A stretch of DNA of 57,635 bases, filler included, from Basidiobolus ranarum (taxonomy: Eukaryota): assembly GCA_040143965.1 (NCBI GenBank). It is 7 parts of 7 records of this genome, joined end to end, with 100 filler letters (N's around TTAATTAATTAA, not from the genome) between each part and the next. Parts side by side here need not be neighbours in the genome. Positions count along the whole stretch, not along the records: positions 8,266 to 16,427 come from JASJQH010007883.1; positions 16,528 to 24,684 come from JASJQH010007884.1; positions 24,785 to 32,931 come from JASJQH010007885.1; 4 more parts are not named here. One strand, 5' to 3'. Of the stretch, positions 13,364 through 26,434 are shown piece after piece (the stretch's first letter is position 1; each line of letters begins with the position of its first letter). The notes beneath the pieces were generated by a model. It ran no database searches. It saw nothing but the letters and a program-made list of their open reading frames with translations, and was not told the DNA's origin. Both the position numbers and the translations under genes were made by a program.

Positions 13364-14268
13364 ATAATGAATCTGAACAAGCAGTAACTACACAATAATC
13401 AGAATCCAGGTAATCGACAGGAAACTTGTGAACATTCCGGATGAGATAACAATATATGCTTATGCTAATCTAATTTGATACGCTGGGATAGGAAAAAATT
13501 CACCAAGACATTGGTAATCATTCATGAATTGTATTGGCTCCGATAGAGACTACTTTTTCGTGTTGGATTAATATTCATGGACATGGGCAATTGGAGTCTG
13601 TCTGTTGGTGAATATTCCACCTGGGACTACTTAGGAAGATGATCCCTCGACTGTGCCTCCTTTTTTCCACCCTCTCCCTATATTACGTTACTTCCAACCC
13701 TTCGAATGATTGAATCTGCTCCAACGTGGTTTAGATGAGGACAGTACGATCTTCTTGGATGATATCAAGTTCTCTGAATCGCTAGAGAATTAATGTGCTT
13801 GGTCATTGGTTTGTCATCCTAGGTTGGATTAGCTATATTACTGTGATAAGGGATTGGATACTCAATGCCCCCGCCTTACAACATGCTAAGTCTTAGTATT
13901 CTCCTGACTGGACTAGCATTCATATTCTGATCGTAAATGAGATGCAAATTTTGGATCAGGGTTAGGGTTATTCTATTATTGGAAAATCGCGGTATTACTG
14001 TCAAATTGATTGGAATTATACAAGCTGTTTGTTGCTATGTAGGACTCGAAGTGAGAGATAAGTGAGGCATTAAATATATATGGGCCAATACGGTGGGCAG
14101 GGTGGAGGATAATGATCGCTTTAGCCAGACGTTAAAGTGGTTTGCGATTCGTGCAGTAAGGTTACAAAGGTATTCATACTAAGGTGATCTCGGGGAAGGT
14201 TTTTGAGGAAGGAAAATTGGTAGGAAGTAGTGAATGAAAACTTTACAAAACGAGCAAAATTGTATGAA

Positions 14269-15523
14269 TTATTGGGGGTCTTTGGCATTATTTAAAACCG
14301 TCATAACGTCGTCAGCTAAAGATAAATCTTCAAGTACTGGAATTAAATCAAGAAGCTCAGTGTCCTGAAGATCACTGAACCATGAGCTAATGGGCACTGC
14401 ATTGTTGGGGTGGAAGATGTAACTTGTAGGGGAATTGTCAACAATCAACACATGGCGTATATCTCGACCTAGTTGTGACAGATCCTTGAAACCAGATGTT
14501 AGCTAGACGTAGAAATCATCAAGATATGTGGCAATTGCTTACTTTAACATAACTACCACGGTGATTATGGCATGACTCCCGAAAAAGCCGGTGCTTGACT
14601 GATTTATGAACGTCCAACAAATCCATTACCGGGTCGGCATACTAGGAATGTGATTAATAATGGAGATAGGGATGGCTAGGACCATTTTGAAATCCATTTA
14701 CCTTCGACAAGCTAGCAGTAAAGACTACTACTTCGAACTTAGTGCCAACCCGTTGAAGAAACTCCTCCACACCGGGCCGCTTAAGTACATAAACATGGTG
14801 AGTGTGGCCATCAATCTCCACAGGAACCACGAAGTCAGCATTCTCAACAAACTAAACATTCACATTTAATACAAGTTACAATTAAATGTGGACGACAAAT
14901 ATTCACCTTGAATGAACTATGAACTAATGTTTCATCAAGATCCAGCACCAAGCATTTCCTTCCACTATCCTCTGGAGCTAACGGAGGCAGCAAGACCTTA
15001 GTACCTGACTATAAATAGTCTGTGGATTAGATTCCATGTAATATATATGGTACACAATTATGTTGTGTGAAAGCAAAAGGCTAACCCTTGGATGTCAAAG
15101 AGATAACGTTTCTTTACTTACCACACGAGCTTCATTATCGCCCGCCGTTTTGGTACCTTCCGAACTCTTCACATTGGGACTTTTTTCATTGGTCGCTTTA
15201 TTTGACTGGCGAGGAGCTCGACGCACGCATGGAACTAACTTGGTAAAGAAGCTAAAATGATTTTTGGGTTTCTTGACTTCGAAATTCTTGAAAAGAGAAA
15301 ATGGTAGACGATTCTTCAAAATTCTAGGGGACTTTTTATCTATAAGAAATGTTTAAAATGTTTAGGGATAGATAGGAAAATCAAGCAATGTTTTAGCCAT
15401 GCTTAAACTACCTTGACTGAAAAACGAGGTTGTTGCCGAGGTATCTTTCTTGATATCCGAAGTAGTTGTAATAGAAAGTGGTAGCTGGGTTGGGCTCACT
15501 TGAGTGATGAGATTCTCGGCCAT
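14269..15523 (-). CDS. CTD small phosphatase / NIF-family HAD phosphatase (Psr1/CTDSP-like)
   Basis: MAENLITQV start; [17 protein letters not shown] (DxDxT motif), [52 protein letters not shown]. Confidence 0.93.
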
Positions 15524-16527
15524 GTTAGAGACGTGAGCTCACTAAACGGGGATGGAATAGGAAATATGTATAAAGCTCAAACAATGCAAAGAACTTTCCC
15601 AAACTGAAAGGTTTGAATTAAGCGCTAAAGAGAAGCTTCAAAGTATTCAGTTATGGGTAAGATATTTGTTTGGTGGAATGCTCGACAAGCAATGCCAAAG
15701 TTATAGATTACGAAGACGATAAGAGGATAGAGAACTGAAACGATGAAAATTAGTAGTATGTATTGTGATAATAAAAGGGGTAAGGATCAATCAATGGGGA
15801 TATCGACGTTGTCCTTGGTAGTAACAGTGGGTTATGGTGAATAAACAGGTTAAAGAGCCAGTTATGTTTCAAACGGGCTCTTAAAAATTACTGGTATAAT
15901 TCAAAAGTCAAAATTCCATAACGCCAGTGACATCTCTAAATAGTCGAATTTACTAGCACTCCCTGCAAAAAAAGTGAATTTATGCATACGGCTTAATTTG
16001 TAATGTTCGGAAATTCCATGTGATCTTTCGCTAAATTGCATGGAATGTAATTGGGAAGAATCTAGGATATTAAGACCTGTCCACATTATCGCAAGTCGGG
16101 ACTAGTATGGACTCTGCTGGAATGACACATTCATTTGTATTAGATGCGTGCTTATGCAGATTTGCTTTTCATGCAATGAGATGGAAGCCATCGCTCACAT
16201 GATCGCAACCTTATTTCTTTTGGTAATTCTTCGTTTCTTAATAGACTCATGTGCAGATCAATAAAGCGACGGGTCTTAAACACTATTGTCTTCACTTATT
16301 GGAGAACCCTCGAATCCCATAGGGCCTCAGACCCTGATTGGCTCAGCGGAGGTTGCATATGAGAGCTCGCGCACCTACAATTGGCAATGATTGAATCATG
16401 TACGTAATTCGCCAGTCTGTACTCCATNNNNNNNNNNNNNNNNNNNNNNNNNNNNNNNNNNNNNNNNNNNNTTAATTAATTAANNNNNNNNNNNNNNNNN
16501 NNNNNNNNNNNNNNNNNNNNNNNNNNN

Positions 16528-17495
16528 ATCGTTCACAGACGAAACTAAACATGACGGATAGAACAGGTCAACATATTGGACTCGTGAAAAGTAGTAAAGT
16601 AATAACTCCTTACTAATAGCTTCATCTAACCCCCGAACTAGACTTAGTATTTGATCACCAAAGACATCAGTTCCATTGGACATGAGAGTGGAATTGAACC
16701 AGATCTGGTACCGATAATTGGTAGGTGGGCCAGGTTCAGTTGAGAACTCAATGCCTATAGGTATTTTCGGTTAGGGCAAGAATGTGGTAACTCTGCATCG
16801 ATTGAGAGAAATGTACCATATAATGTAGTATTGGGATGGCGCAAAGTATAATTATATATGAACTCATAGTCGGGAACAGCGACGAAACCCAGTGTAGTCT
16901 TGGGCAAGAAGTCGAGATCTAATTGCGCAGAGAATTATGAGCTAGACAATCAATCAAATTGAAAAATCCCTTGTGTACCTATAGGTAGGTCTTCTATTTT
17001 GAGTTCATTTCCTGTTCTTTGTTTGTTTTTGGCCGAGAAAGTCTCCAAAAAAAGTCGATTTTGTTCGTTGTCGGGAGTGTACAAAATATTTATACATGGA
17101 TCATGTTGGGTTCGGCCCTAATAAGAATAAGTGGTGATTCAAGATGAAAGAATAACCAGCATCACTACCTGACAATCAGCGACTCCAGAAAGATCAAAAC
17201 TTTGAGGGTGATAGTTACTTTCGCCTAGCTTCGAGTTGTATATTTCTTGTAATCCATATAGCAAAAGTAACACAAGGATTGGGAAAAAAATGGTTTGCGC
17301 AAAGGTGGATTTCCATTGTCGAATCTGGAATATAATTGAATTTCAGTAAAATATAAAAATGAACCAGCATTCTACAATAAAGAGAACCTGTAGTATGAAA
17401 TTCCTCTTCAACAAGATTCTCATCTGTGAAAAGAAACCAGACCTGTACGTCCTTCGTTTGTCATTGATGAGTTGCCCCTCCTTTGTGGTGGACAT
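16528..17495 (-). CDS. ABCA-subfamily ABC transporter, N-terminal part (truncated at contig edge)
   Basis: Spliced reading MSTTKEG...FFSQMRILLKRNFILQ|IRQWKSTFAQTIFFPILVLLLLYGLQ matches the ABCA N-terminal Q..LL.KN...R + TM1 pattern, followed by an extracellular domain; the NBD is not in the window. Confidence 0.75.
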
Positions 17496-18785
17496 CAGAT
17501 TTTGTATGTGGGAGAAGACTAGATCTGTAAGTAAAACAGTGGTTATTGATGGACTAGAATTGGAAATTTGTCTCGAGATTCTGTCACCGAGAACTCGAAA
17601 GCGACGCGGCGTCTGAGGTATAAACAGGTGTAGTTGCTTGAAACTCAATATATCCAGTGCAGATCGATTAATTTTATTATTTTGTGATTCTCACTAGATC
17701 TCATTATGGAAACACTAACCGATTTATCGCTGTCACTTCACTGTCACTGCCATCAACAATGAGTGAAACTACTTGACCATACACCAAGCGGGCCACGATC
17801 GAGGATCGTGACACCTCGGTCCAAGCTCGACAATCACCCGGCTGCCTCACTACCAAAGCCGTAGATGGTGCATTTGGTGATGTGTTCTTCTAATTACAAA
17901 AGAAAATCCTAATGGAGACTATCTATTCTCCATATGGACAGGGGCTGGGTACACAGATTTTGGGTAACCGCTCAAATGGCTAATAATTAGTGCAGTTATA
18001 TCCATCGAACTGCTGATAGCAAACTCTCAGTCAAGAACTATGCACTTTTCTCTTGCTCTTGCTATGCACGCAGATGATCTTTCGAATGTTATTGTGGTTG
18101 GGGCGCAGTGGCCTTGGAGAATATGAATGGGATTGGTGCGATATCATCTAGCGCATCAAAGTACCTTGTCGTAACCCTAAGCAGAACCAGCGTATCTCAT
18201 CAATTTTAGGCGTCGCCGATTGTCTAGCCAATCTCAATACGTAAAACATCAGCAATCATTATAGCGTAGACGATGTCATGAATAACCAGAGGATGATCTG
18301 AAATGAGCTGGTATTCTTGAGTCAATTACCAATTGATATCCAATCCTATTCTTGGCTAAAATATGCAGTGTGAAATTAAGTGCAAGCTTCACATTCAACT
18401 TAATTTTTTTTCAGGTAAGCCAATATGCGAAGTTCCGCAACGTGACCAAGCACACCTCGCACTCAAGATCCTCCTATTTCTCTATCATTGTAAAAATATA
18501 ACTCAGCAAACAAGAATGCCATTTGGAAGGCACCTCGTAACTAATTAACCGTGCACAAAGTACACGCCTAAAGCGTAGTACTTGGAAACGACATGTGGTG
18601 ATTTATTTAGAGTATAAAGAAATGTTGAGTTGTAGGTAGGATTAAAAAGTGATATATGAAGTACTGGCAGAATAAAGAGATAACAAAATCATTGCTTATT
18701 AGAGGAAGAACTGATTCAACCTCTACAGGGCTATGTTTTGTTACTACGCTAATTATTTGTACCACTGGCGTTCGAAGCGGTTAAG

Positions 18786-19314
18786 TTAAAGTGAGCTACC
18801 TTCTTTGTCATCCCAACAATTCACTTTAGCAATCTTGGCTCGTTCAATGATAAACTTTCCTTCCTTATACTTTTGGGATTCTTCAAAAGCATGAACCTAG
18901 GTACCTATATGTTAGAATGAATTCTATTTATGGGGTGATTGACTATACATACATATTTCCAACCGACATTAGCTTGACAGACCGTGCAATATATATCTGC
19001 TACTGAATGAAGACCAGTCATCAAGAGGCGATCCTCTAAATCCCCCATCGTTATATTGGCACTAGGACACAAAATGTAAATATAGAGGTATAATGAATGG
19101 AAAAAAATAAAATGGCTCACGCATTGTCGAAAAGGTAAGCTTTTCCGTGCCTACCGTGAAAGGACTGTAGAATGAGTTAGTTGAGAATCACAAGAAAATC
19201 TCGTTAAAATCTTACCTTGGAGATTATGTCTTCATGAGTAGCGATGTGAGTGTGGCACGAAGAGCATATATAAATGGTTTCACCATCAAGGAAAACTTGA
19301 TAAATTTGACCCAT
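18786..19314 (-). CDS. Yippee/YPEL (Moh1-like) zinc-binding protein, 4 exons
   Basis: [23 protein letters not shown]...[16 protein letters not shown]...[44 protein letters not shown]. Confidence 0.95.
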
Positions 19315-22201
19315 ATCTTTAAGTAATTTGTTACGATCAGAACACCCAAATTACTTCTGTATAGAACAAATAAGTAGGTTTGGATGTTTTCGGTGGAGTG
19401 CAAACTATGGTAGTTAATAAGGGCCAAATACTGGTTAGTTCAGAGATATAACTAGCTTGTAACTTTCGAGTATCATTAGTACTCCAAGCAAAAACCAAGT
19501 CACATTGGTAGCACGTGATGGTCAATTAAAAAGGCACTTGAGAGTCCCAGTGTTGGAACAGTATCTGCCCTGCCAAAAACCATATATTAAGCCAATCAGT
19601 TCTTAAACTGCTTGGATCAGAGGGGGAGTATTTACTCATCTTGTCTGATACGGACTATATTTCTATGAAAATGGTTATTCAAACTCCATCCTCCATATTT
19701 CTGACTCATTAGATGAGCTCACTGGATCATCAAAATCAATCTTTACAAGCTACGTCTGAAAATGTAATGACAATTCTTGTCCGTTTCAGCTGCTGTCAAG
19801 TGTGGTATAAATCTATTTCCTAACAGTAGCCTTGTAGTTGTAATTCTTCCGAGCCACCGAGTCCATCATATGTGACTCATACCAGAGAAAATTAACATGA
19901 ATTCGATAATTATTTTCTGATTTTAGGATGATGTATGTGACAAATATTATTTGGTCGTGTTAATTTTTATTGAATAAAAAGGATCGTTTTTATTTATCGT
20001 TGTACGTAAAGAAAAAGTAAGTACCTCTATTCAATGTAAGTGATAATTTTCGTCTGGCAATGTTGTAGCTCATGTGGTTGGTGATCCAAAAGTGCTCTTT
20101 CCCTTTGCAATGCCTTTTCAAATCCAGTTCTCATGCTCTACAAATGCTACTGGTTTAAATTATTTACAAATGTGAGCCTGTGTTAACTAAGTCAAGTCAA
20201 TGGTTGAAATTATGCAGCTGTTTGTTTTTCTTAAGTGGAACGCCTTTTCCTCCGTTAATTGAACTCGTATATGTATGTATAGTTAATACCTGACGGAAAC
20301 GCACTCGTTTTTTAGCGCCCACCAATTGCAACCCTAGTTACATTCAGTCCCTTGTTGACTTTGGATGTTCGACTTGGTGTGGCTAATAATTAGTTTTTCA
20401 GATACTCAATTAAGATTGACCAAAAATTGTACTTTTTCATATTGCTTGAAGCCACACAAACTGATGCCTCTTAGTATTAACTTAGTCATTACATATACGT
20501 GGGCGACAATTCTCCACGTTGACTGTTTTATATATACAAATTGCAGCAGAAGGTGCAGACATAACCTTCTATCGTATTATTGCTTTTTACCATGTAAACT
20601 GTTGATTGAAGCTAATATATTGCCAAATGTGCGTGGATCTACCCTATTGAAGCCATAGTTATTTTTGAGTTTTAAACAATAATTTACACCAAATGTAATC
20701 CATCCATCTCCTATATTTATCGAACAATGTATCTGGCACAATCAAATCATCACTCCAAAAACCCGATGACAAAACGAATGCAGAAGGCAAGATAATACAG
20801 TTGCAGTAGCTCCTGATCCGCACTCTCGTTGACTTATCTGACTGGTTGAACGCCAGGATCCATTCTCTGCATTGTTGCTCTTCAGAGTAAATACTACAGC
20901 ACCTTCATATGGCTAGAAAGTCATCCGTAGTCTGTCATTTTGCATCTGTCAAACATCCGAACCAAACTAATACATCTAACATATGGAGAATCATCCGAGC
21001 TAATGGTTTCTCCATACTTCATACTTACTGACAAGTCCCATCCGGCTGGATTTGAAACGTTTGATTTGTATGTACGTTTTAGACTTCTGCCCATTAGGTA
21101 ATATGGAACCATCTCCTTGGTCAAAGCTACTACGACCATATGTAGTATGTAGAACTTAGGTTAAGAGAATCTTCTACCTTCAGTATTCCCAACAAGTCTC
21201 TCTACAATCCCTATGCAAGTGTTAGTTTGGTTTGGCAATGATCAACAATGTTGAGGACATGGTATTTTTTGTCTAGTTTGTGATCGCCTTTCTGCACAAC
21301 TTGCAACCATTCAATGATCAGGACAATATACATCTAGCATAAGCGCCGATAAGGCCATCTGGAAGTGAAGTCTGGTACTAGTTACAGTTGAACGTAGTGC
21401 AAGCTTTGAAACAGAGTTTGTTGAAACAAATTCTAGTTGTAACGCAATTTATACGTACAATTTAAGAGATTTAGACTACATTGTACGATGACCAATGATA
21501 CAATCCCTCCTTACATCGACTTGCCTGCGGACGTCTTGCTTTGTTTTGGATTCTCATACCTAGGCCTCTGCTACATGTTCTATGACTGTCTGAGTTGAAA
21601 GATTAAACCCCAGGAGCTTGAGGTTGGATAATGGATGCTAATATGAAATGAGATGCATGTGAGCAATTATCGGGGTTGCAGTTACTGTGCTTCCACATCC
21701 CATCAAAAGATCGCAGAAACTTTGTCTAGCTCTGCTCATACAGTAGTAATACACCTTGTCTCTCATCATTCAATTCAAGACCTGTGAGCCAGTCAGAACG
21801 GGGAAAGAGGGATGAACAATGACAAGATGCAACATCAAAATGGCTATTCTAACCATCCTCAGTGCGGATCAGGTGATAATACTAACTCTCCATTCTACTT
21901 CATGAGCGAATCCACAATGAATTGACTAATGCAGCCAGGTGTAATGATTGTCCAAGAATATCCCAAAAGCTGGAGCTCGATCTACTGCTCAATTCGTAGG
22001 AATCCATTGTGGCTGTGCCTATCCATGATCCTGGGTACAATGAAAACACGGCAGTTCAAATGGACTCCTATTCCCTGACGAGATCGAACCTCAGTCATAC
22101 AAGGTTTCTTGACGTATGATCCTCCAATGATCATTCACGTCTCCATTTCTTAGTCTAACATGAATGCACAATATCAGATAATGATCATCTCTCAGATCTC
22201 G

Positions 22202-22208
22202 TATAAAA
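22202..22208 (+). promoter_or_regulatory. Probable TATA box of the cyclin gene
   Basis: TATAAAA about 165 nt upstream of the ATG at 22367. Confidence 0.45.
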
Positions 22209-22366
22209 TAGGCTATCCTCCGCTGTATACCTCAGCAGCTGATATTAGTAGCACTTTGAGACTTTGTCCTTGGCGAAAGACCATTTCTTTTCTAAGCATT
22301 TTTGGGCTGTTCCCATTAAACTCTTGAATATATCTCAATCAAGCCACATTCTCTTCAACCGGCAAA

Positions 22367-23032
22367 ATGTCTAATCCACGCATTTCCATTCCAGCAACTC
22401 AGTCTTACCTCGCTTCTTTCACTCAGAACAACATCTCGGTGATCTCCGAGTTTGTGACTGATTTAGTGGTACAGATGTGGTACAAACATTCCGACATTCA
22501 GACTGGTAGTCCAAATTTCTACCCTTTCTGTCAGAAAGTAATAGCCCGAAGCGAAGTTGAACCGCCAACCATCTTACTAGCACTCAAGTATATTCAACGC
22601 CTGAAAAAATATCACCCAAGGATCACAGGAGAACAAGGTTCAGAATGTCGTCTGTTTGTAATCTCACTCATTCTGGCTCACAAGCTGCTAGAGGATTACA
22701 CATATACTAATCAAACCTGGTCTCAAATCGCTCGAATCCCTCTGGAGGAAATCAACCACATGGAACGGGAGTTTTTAATATCGATTCAATTCAACCTGCA
22801 TGTCTCAGAAGAAGAATATGCTCAGTGGCTCTTGTATCTCGAACAATACTTGCGTTACAAAGAGGATCCATTCCTTGATTCTCCCAGGAGGCTTCCATCC
22901 CCTACTTCTGCACCGGCTGCATTTGACTTTCCCACCAGTAAACCAACCTGGAGCCAATTCGTGTGTACTACAGATCCATCGCCATTTGGTTCTGGCCAGA
23001 CTCAAATTTCTGAGTCATTTCAAAATGTCTAA
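22367..23032 (+). CDS. Pho85-type (Pcl/Clg1-like) cyclin, intronless
   Basis: Cyclin box FCQKVIARSEV..PTILLALKYIQRLK...GEQGSECRLFVISLILAHKLLEDYTYTNQTW...EINHMEREFLISIQFNLHVS; Ser/Pro-rich tail. Confidence 0.92.
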   Translation: MSNPRISIPATQSYLASFTQNNISVISEFVTDLVVQMWYKHSDIQTGSPNFYPFCQKVIARSEVEPPTILLALKYIQRLKKYHPRITGEQGSECRLFVISLILAHKLLEDYTYTNQTWSQIARIPLEEINHMEREFLISIQFNLHVSEEEYAQWLLYLEQYLRYKEDPFLDSPRRLPSPTSAPAAFDFPTSKPTWSQFVCTTDPSPFGSGQTQISESFQNV

Positions 23033-24031
23033 CGAGAAAAGATATATTGAAACTCGATGTGTCCAACGGCTACCGTTTAAGAGCATATGATTATTCTACT
23101 TTAACCTTAACCTATATTGTTGTGTCATCTCTATGTTTATTGAATACCTGTTTATTTGAATTTATTTGACATGACCCCCTTGAAACAAGTAACTTGAAGC
23201 TTTTCGACCGCTCAGCTCTTCATTCTCATATGAAGGTTGACTGCTTCAGTCAGTCGTATCATGAAGAGTTGGTTATTTGTTCTGACGCAACTCGCAGTTT
23301 CTTAAAAGTCAACCCATTGATATATTTACATACTTCACCATTGGAATCGCAGGAGAATTCACCGCTTCGATCTAGTATATTCTTTATGATCTCTTATTAT
23401 CACTCTCTCAAACTCCATTTGCATTTGTCTCTAATTCTCAGCTAACTGGAAGCAATTTTGGGTTAATACTTAAAATACATTCTAAGTTTATCTTTTTATT
23501 CTATATACAAGTAACCGAGTGCTTTTTGAATTATTAAATGCCTCTATGTCAAACACTAGTTAACGGGGCTTCTCATGACATATCCTGTTGGGCCTTGAGT
23601 GTCTTTTACCATAGCCCATAACATTGAGCTGACTCTTGCATCCAAGCACAAGGGCTACAACTGTATATTTCTACTTAATCTAGCCCGCACCAGAGCTGAT
23701 ATTAGGTTATCTGTGATTGTGCCCAACCGTAGCTATGGCAACCGAAATTTTCCTTTTGAAACTAAAGCGAGCATGGATCACTTCATGTGTTACTTCATCG
23801 AATTAGAACCATATTCCTATTAAATCCGTAAACAACACTAGTTCAAGCCTGACATGCCCTGTAGAGACACTTTTGTGTGCTTTTTTTGTGGACAATATAG
23901 TAGATCAGCCCAAGCCTAGCTGACTCTGATTTCAAGCTGCAAAATCCAAAAATTATGTCATCTACCAGTATCAGTTTATGCTAGTAGTTTGTTTATAGTT
24001 CCCACTATAATAGGTAGGACATTGTGATCAG

Positions 24032-24364
24032 TGTTGAAGTATTTTGGGAGCTTGTGGAAGTGATTTGGAGAACTAGGAGAATTGGTGGCTTTCACTTATT
24101 GATTTATTGAGCAGAAAGTTGACATTTGTAGTGGGGTAAACAAAGAAATATGTAGAATATGTTAAGGAAGGTCCCAGGAACATGTGTGTAGAGTCTGGGG
24201 CTTCTAGCACATGTTTTAAAATTCTATATATCTGAGAACTTCTAAGTTGGTAAAACTATTCCAAGTAAATTCCGATTGAGAATAGTGAGTGGTATCTTAG
24301 TAAAATATGGAAAAACTAAGCTATATATGACTATATAGATGCTTAGGCTATGTTAATTTCAATA
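24032..24364 (-). mobile_element. Solo copia LTR with 5-bp target-site duplication ATCAG
   Basis: Reverse complement of the LTR family; ATCAG at 24027-24031 and 24365-24369. Confidence 0.9.
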
Positions 24365-24784
24365 ATCAGTACCTTGAAGGAGTTACTCAGTCAAACTACC
24401 TTCCACATCATAAATCACCCACAAGAATAGGGGCCTGAATGTTCAGATCAACTGCAATGTGGTTGGCCCTGGCCTAAAAGTACAAGACTGAGATTCCTAC
24501 ATAGTAAAGACATAACTTCGATTTTATTGTCTGTCTTATAGTCAGGCTGGAGCTGAGCAAGACACAAGAATTATGGGCGCTTTGTGTATGTTGCAGGTTT
24601 GTAACCTCAAAACCAGACATTCTGTCCATGTAGCCCAAATCCAACAGCAGTTCTAGTCATTATCAATTGCCAACATCCTGAATTNNNNNNNNNNNNNNNN
24701 NNNNNNNNNNNNNNNNNNNNNNNNNNNNTTAATTAATTAANNNNNNNNNNNNNNNNNNNNNNNNNNNNNNNNNNNNNNNNNNNN

Positions 24785-25124
24785 TGCTGAAGCCAAGTCT
24801 TTGGACTCTGAGGCCCTTCGTACCTACCTTTATGGTGGTCACGTTGCTGAGTACATGAGCTACCTCGCTGAAGATGATGAAGAGAAGTACAAGCGTCAAT
24901 TCGCCAAGTACCTTGAAAATGGCATCACTGAGGATAACATTGAGGAGATGTACGAAACTGCTCACCAAAACATCCGTGAGGATCCTTCCTTCAAGCCTAC
25001 TGATAAGAAGAAGCCTGCTGCTGGTGAGAAGACCAAGCGTTACCACAAAGTTAAGCTTAACCTCAAGCAACGTCGTAACAAGGTTGAACAAAAGAAGGCT
25101 GCTTTCGCTCGTGCCCAAGAATAA
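24785..25124 (+). CDS. RPL5: 60S ribosomal protein uL18 (L5), C-terminal part
   Basis: LDSEALRTYLYGGHVAEYMSYLAEDDEEKYKRQF...IEEMYETAHQNIREDP...KLNLKQRRNKV. Confidence 0.96.
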
Positions 25125-25458
25125 TTCCGGAGAATATTTTTTGGAATCACAAATTAATTATCCTTATAAAACCAATAAAAACAATCGGATAGTAATTTAT
25201 TTTCTCCTAATCACATACTGGCTCAGTTTTACACTTACATTTCAATATACTAAAATCAGATGAGCAGTTTAATTTGCAGGGGTGTGGTGAACAGATATCA
25301 CATTTATTAGAGTAGATGTCAGTGTATGATGGTGATTATAATATATATATACATATCATTGATCTAGAAATTAGGTGGATAACTCTACGCAAATTCAACC
25401 ATTGAGAGCCCTGAGTCCCGCTGGAAGTAGATATAGCTCCAACTCTTTGGTAGAATTC

Positions 25459-25881
25459 TTAGTAAATTAGTACATAGCCTAAACCCAATGCAATCAAGTT
25501 GAATATTGGTTGATTTGTACTACCCCCGTTGATGGCCCGTGGTAGAGATGTAGTATCAACATAGACCGCACTGGCCGTGTGTGTTGAAGATTTCAGTTCA
25601 GAGCGTGTGTGTATAGGTCCTTTCTGTGTAGAACTCACACTCGAAGCGGAAATAGTAGGCAAAACAATTATCGTTGTTGTTTCAGTTACAAGTGGTAGTG
25701 GAGACTGTGGGCTCACTGTTCCAGTTGGCTGAGTATTTTCCAATCCGCCTACGACACTGAAGCTTGAGGTGGAGCTAGGTGATGAGTTATTAATAACAGG
25801 TAGTCCTTGAGTATTGACAAGAGAAAAAAGACTGCTGATTAATACTATTGAATAGCAGAGTACAAAAGAGTGTAGCCGCAT
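25459..25881 (-). CDS. Secreted Ser/Thr-rich, probably GPI-anchored surface protein (140 aa)
   Basis: Hydrophobic signal MRLHSFVLCYSIVLISSLFSLVNTQ; S/T/P-rich body; small-residue site (NGG) followed by hydrophobic C-terminus IFNLIALGLGYVLIY. Confidence 0.75.
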   Translation of the reverse strand: MRLHSFVLCYSIVLISSLFSLVNTQGLPVINNSSPSSTSSFSVVGGLENTQPTGTVSPQSPLPLVTETTTIIVLPTISASSVSSTQKGPIHTRSELKSSTHTASAVYVDTTSLPRAINGGSTNQPIFNLIALGLGYVLIY

Positions 25882-26434
25882 CTTCTTTACTAAGCAAAGA
25901 AAGGTTTCGCTAAGATAACAGATCTAATATGCGGGAAGTATAGGTTGTCTTTCGAGAAGGAGAGAATTTAAGGGAATTTCAGATGAATACTGTTCTTATA
26001 TAATATGATCTCATGAAGTCAAGGACTCGATGTTCAGCTCTCTGGCATTGCGATTCCTCTGCAAGCGTCAGCGAAAGTCTCCAAATGGATCATCTCACAC
26101 AATGATAAAAGATGCGCACAATCTGGGATATGGCTCTAAGCTGCATTTCGCATCCTATACCATTTCTCTCCTTATGCTGTCACTCATTAGGCGTGAGCTG
26201 CATGCCTGCATCGTTCTTTCAGACACCCTACTGAATGGTGATTATTCATCCATGCGCCCTATACGAGTGAGGTAAAGTATACCAATGCAATACGATCCAG
26301 CATACATTTTGTATTACTTACTTAGAGACAATGAAGAGTATGGAGGAGATTGTACAGAGAGAAAGTGTTTTTATTCGTGGAAAAGACAAGTTTATTCTCA
26401 TTAACTGATATCACAATTAATCAGCGAAATTCTC

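Noticed and set aside
13958..13970. TTAGGG-like doublets (also ~35399 and ~39309)
   Set aside because: Only about two units each and internal; not telomeric arrays.
19575..19655. Fragments reminiscent of U2 snRNA (TCTGATACG)
   Set aside because: No GTGTAGTA branch-pairing sequence or U2 5' end on either strand.
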